From: Podarcis pityusensis
Taxonomy: Eukaryota
DNA: 64,000 nucleotides
Direction: 5' to 3' (one strand)
Assembly: GCA_964106645.2 (NCBI GenBank)
Contig: OZ067049.1
Below the pieces are notes generated by a model. That model searched no databases and was not told the DNA's origin. It saw only the letters and a program-made list of their open reading frames with translations. A program made the translations under genes and the position numbers. Shown here piece by piece: positions 61,553 to 64,000 of this stretch (the first letter of the stretch is position 1; each line of letters opens with the position of its first letter).

Positions 61553-62710
61553 CCTTTTGTCTCTCTTGAAAAGCACATGTAAAACAATCACTCTTTTCCA
61601 CTTCCTCTTTCAGCTCTATGTCCTTTTCAGTATTAATTATGCTGTTCTCTTGCAAAAGCAATATGTGTGTGCGCATGTGCTTTATCACTTCTTGTATCTT
61701 TGTGGGATAGTATGAGGGAGAGGGGTAAGAAGTGACCATTGAACTAGCACACACAGCAGTTCCTCAAAAATCCATGTGCCAGTGGGCATAAAACTGGTTA
61801 GCAACCCCTGATTTATATCATGGAGTGAAGAGGTTTTGCAGACCTGCACCACAATCCTGTAAGCCAGGGGTTGCCAACCCAGCACCTGCGGGTGCAAAGG
61901 CTTAATGGATTGTATTCCAGGATAGGCTATGTATCCTGAATGGCATGCTGGAGAAGCTTTAGCTGGGAACTTTGGGTGGCAGCCAGTAGTTTGGTTTCTC
62001 TCTAGACATGTCCTTTAGTAGGTCAGTCATGGTTACCTACTTTGACTTCTTAATCTGTTTCTTCACTCTCCCAGGTGAACATTGCAGTTTTAAGTGGCTG
62101 GTGTAAATCCTATAGGAGTTTGTCCTTGTCTGAAGGTCTGCAGAAAATGTGGCTACGTTTGATGTTTAGTTGACAATAGATCATGTGATACGCTCTTCAT
62201 GGTAAATATAGTAGTTTGTTGGTATCTGGCATAATAAGACAGTGTTTATATGCCAATTGAATAGTTGCACAGTGGTGTTCAGAAAGTGAACCTGCTGTGT
62301 AGACTTGTGAAGAATCAGTTTGATGATGAGGTGGAAGTTGCTCCAATTCTAGCTGTATTTCTCAAGGTCCCACCCCTCATACTGGTTTCCCTATCCTTTC
62401 TTTATGTATCCAGCTAGTCTGAATGCTAATGCCTCTTCTCTGCAAGGCCATTGGGGTTGGGTTTTTTTGTTTTGCTCTGCTTCCTTGCAGAGGGCAACCC
62501 TCCCCTGCATGAGGTTCAAAATACTCCCATCCTGATGCCCAAAAGTCAGCAGAAAAACTGGAGTTTTTCCAGGCCCTAGTACCACCTGAGATATTTGTAC
62601 ATATAATATACTGTATATCAAGCACTGAATTCCCTCTGAATAAAGGCAAAGAAAAATCATAGAACACACCAGTAAGCCAATTACTAAAGGAGCTGATCCT
62701 TTCAGCAAGG

Positions 62711-62975
62711 AATAATAATAATAATAGTAATAGTAATAATAGTAATAATAATAATTTATTATTTATACCCCGCCCATCTGGCTGGGTTTCCCCGGCCACT
62801 CTGGGCGGCTTCCAACCGAATATGAAAAACAACAAAGCATCAAACATTAAAAACTTCCCTAAACAGGGCCGCCTTCAGTTCTCTTTTAAAAGTAAAATAG
62901 TTGCTTATTGCCTTGACATCTGCTGGGAGGGCGTTCCACAGGGCAGGCACCACTACCAAGAAGGCCCTCTGCCTG
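62711..62975 (-). mobile_element. L2-type 3'-end fragment with (TTA/CTA)n tail
   Basis: Same family as the host of the 26918-29074 insertion; trinucleotide tail at 62711-62755. Confidence 0.7.
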
Positions 62976-64000
62976 AGCTCCTAATCAAATTAATTTGTGA
63001 ATAAAGGCCAAGTGTAATGCAAGTTTTGGTATTACAGCTGCAGTCCTAAGAACACTTGCTTGCTGATTTACATATATGCTCACCAAATATTACACAGGCT
63101 GCCCAAGATGGCAGCTTAGTATTGTAAATGGGTCATTTAGATATACAAAACAGGTTGGTGGCAACAGGTTCTTTTAACTTTCCAGATTTTTCTTTGAAAT
63201 AGTAAATGGAATTAAATTGGGGGAAAATATGGACTGGCATTTTCATGCCAATGGTGTTGTGTGTACTTCCTGCACAATTAGCACACATCCCACAATAATC
63301 ACCCATCTGTAAGCACCCACAGATAAAAATAAGGGCATACAGGTTAACTGTACTTTCCCATAGTAAGAATCATCAAGCAAGTCAGTTCCCTACCCCTGTT
63401 ACATAAGGCTACAGCCTCTTCTTGTGAGCTGTGTGCTGCATTCATTTACAATGCACAAGAAACAATATTTTATAGAGAGCTTGGAAAAGAAGATGAACAC
63501 TGCAGAATGACAACCTGAGACATTCACACTCGCAGAATTTTTAACAAGGCATTCACAAAAGGGGAAAGAAGTGTCAGTGATTGATTAAAGTCAAGAAATG
63601 AGAAATGTTATTGGTAAATAAAAGGTACTGTAAAGGTAAATGACCCCTGGACAGTTAAGTCCAGGCAAAGGCGATTATAGGGACGCGGGTGGCTCAGTGG
63701 TCCTGGTAAATAGGGGCAGCTGGAAGAACATAAGGGCTTAAGTACCATTAAGCTGTGTTCTTAGAAAATAGCTGTAAGTTCAAAAGGCAAGTGGTTGAAC
63801 TTAATAAAACTGCATGCTTATTAAATGCATGGGCAAGGGTTGCCATAATGGCATTTTTTCTCAGAGTTCTCTGCTGGCTTTATCACTAACCAGCCTTATA
63901 TTGCTAGACCTATTTGTTTCGCTGTGCTTGTTTTTCCACTGACTCCTAACATTTTCTGAATTTACTCTCCCCCTTTTGAATCCTCAGACAGCTGTTGAAG

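Overview
Vertebrate nuclear DNA, most likely a squamate and probably a lacertid lizard (inferred from the repeat landscape: Sauria SINE, BovB, CR1, L2, L1, Rex1, Tigger/Tc2/hAT MITEs). The window holds two complete, convergent protein-coding genes in the conserved amniote arrangement. ASB4 (+ strand) has 5 coding exons at 7064-19214 and encodes a 423-aa ankyrin-repeat/SOCS-box protein. PDK4 (- strand) has 11 coding exons at 52483-43128, encodes 412 aa, and has a CpG-island promoter and a ~2.1-kb 3' UTR. I assembled both models by hand: all introns are GT-AG and all phases are consistent. The rest is intronic or intergenic DNA rich in transposable elements, with one 175-N assembly gap in ASB4 intron 2. 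I see no evidence of a wholly new biological system. The most notable items are: (1) a 2.16-kb, TSD-bounded, RT-less L1-derived element with its own 205-aa ORF; (2) a near-intact Rex1/Babar LINE broken only by two single-G frameshifts; (3) a composite FOXO/nuclear-receptor element upstream of PDK4; (4) LTR insertions around ASB4, and a possible upstream ASB4 exon. Family assignments and comparisons with mammalian sequences come from recall of these families, not from searches.
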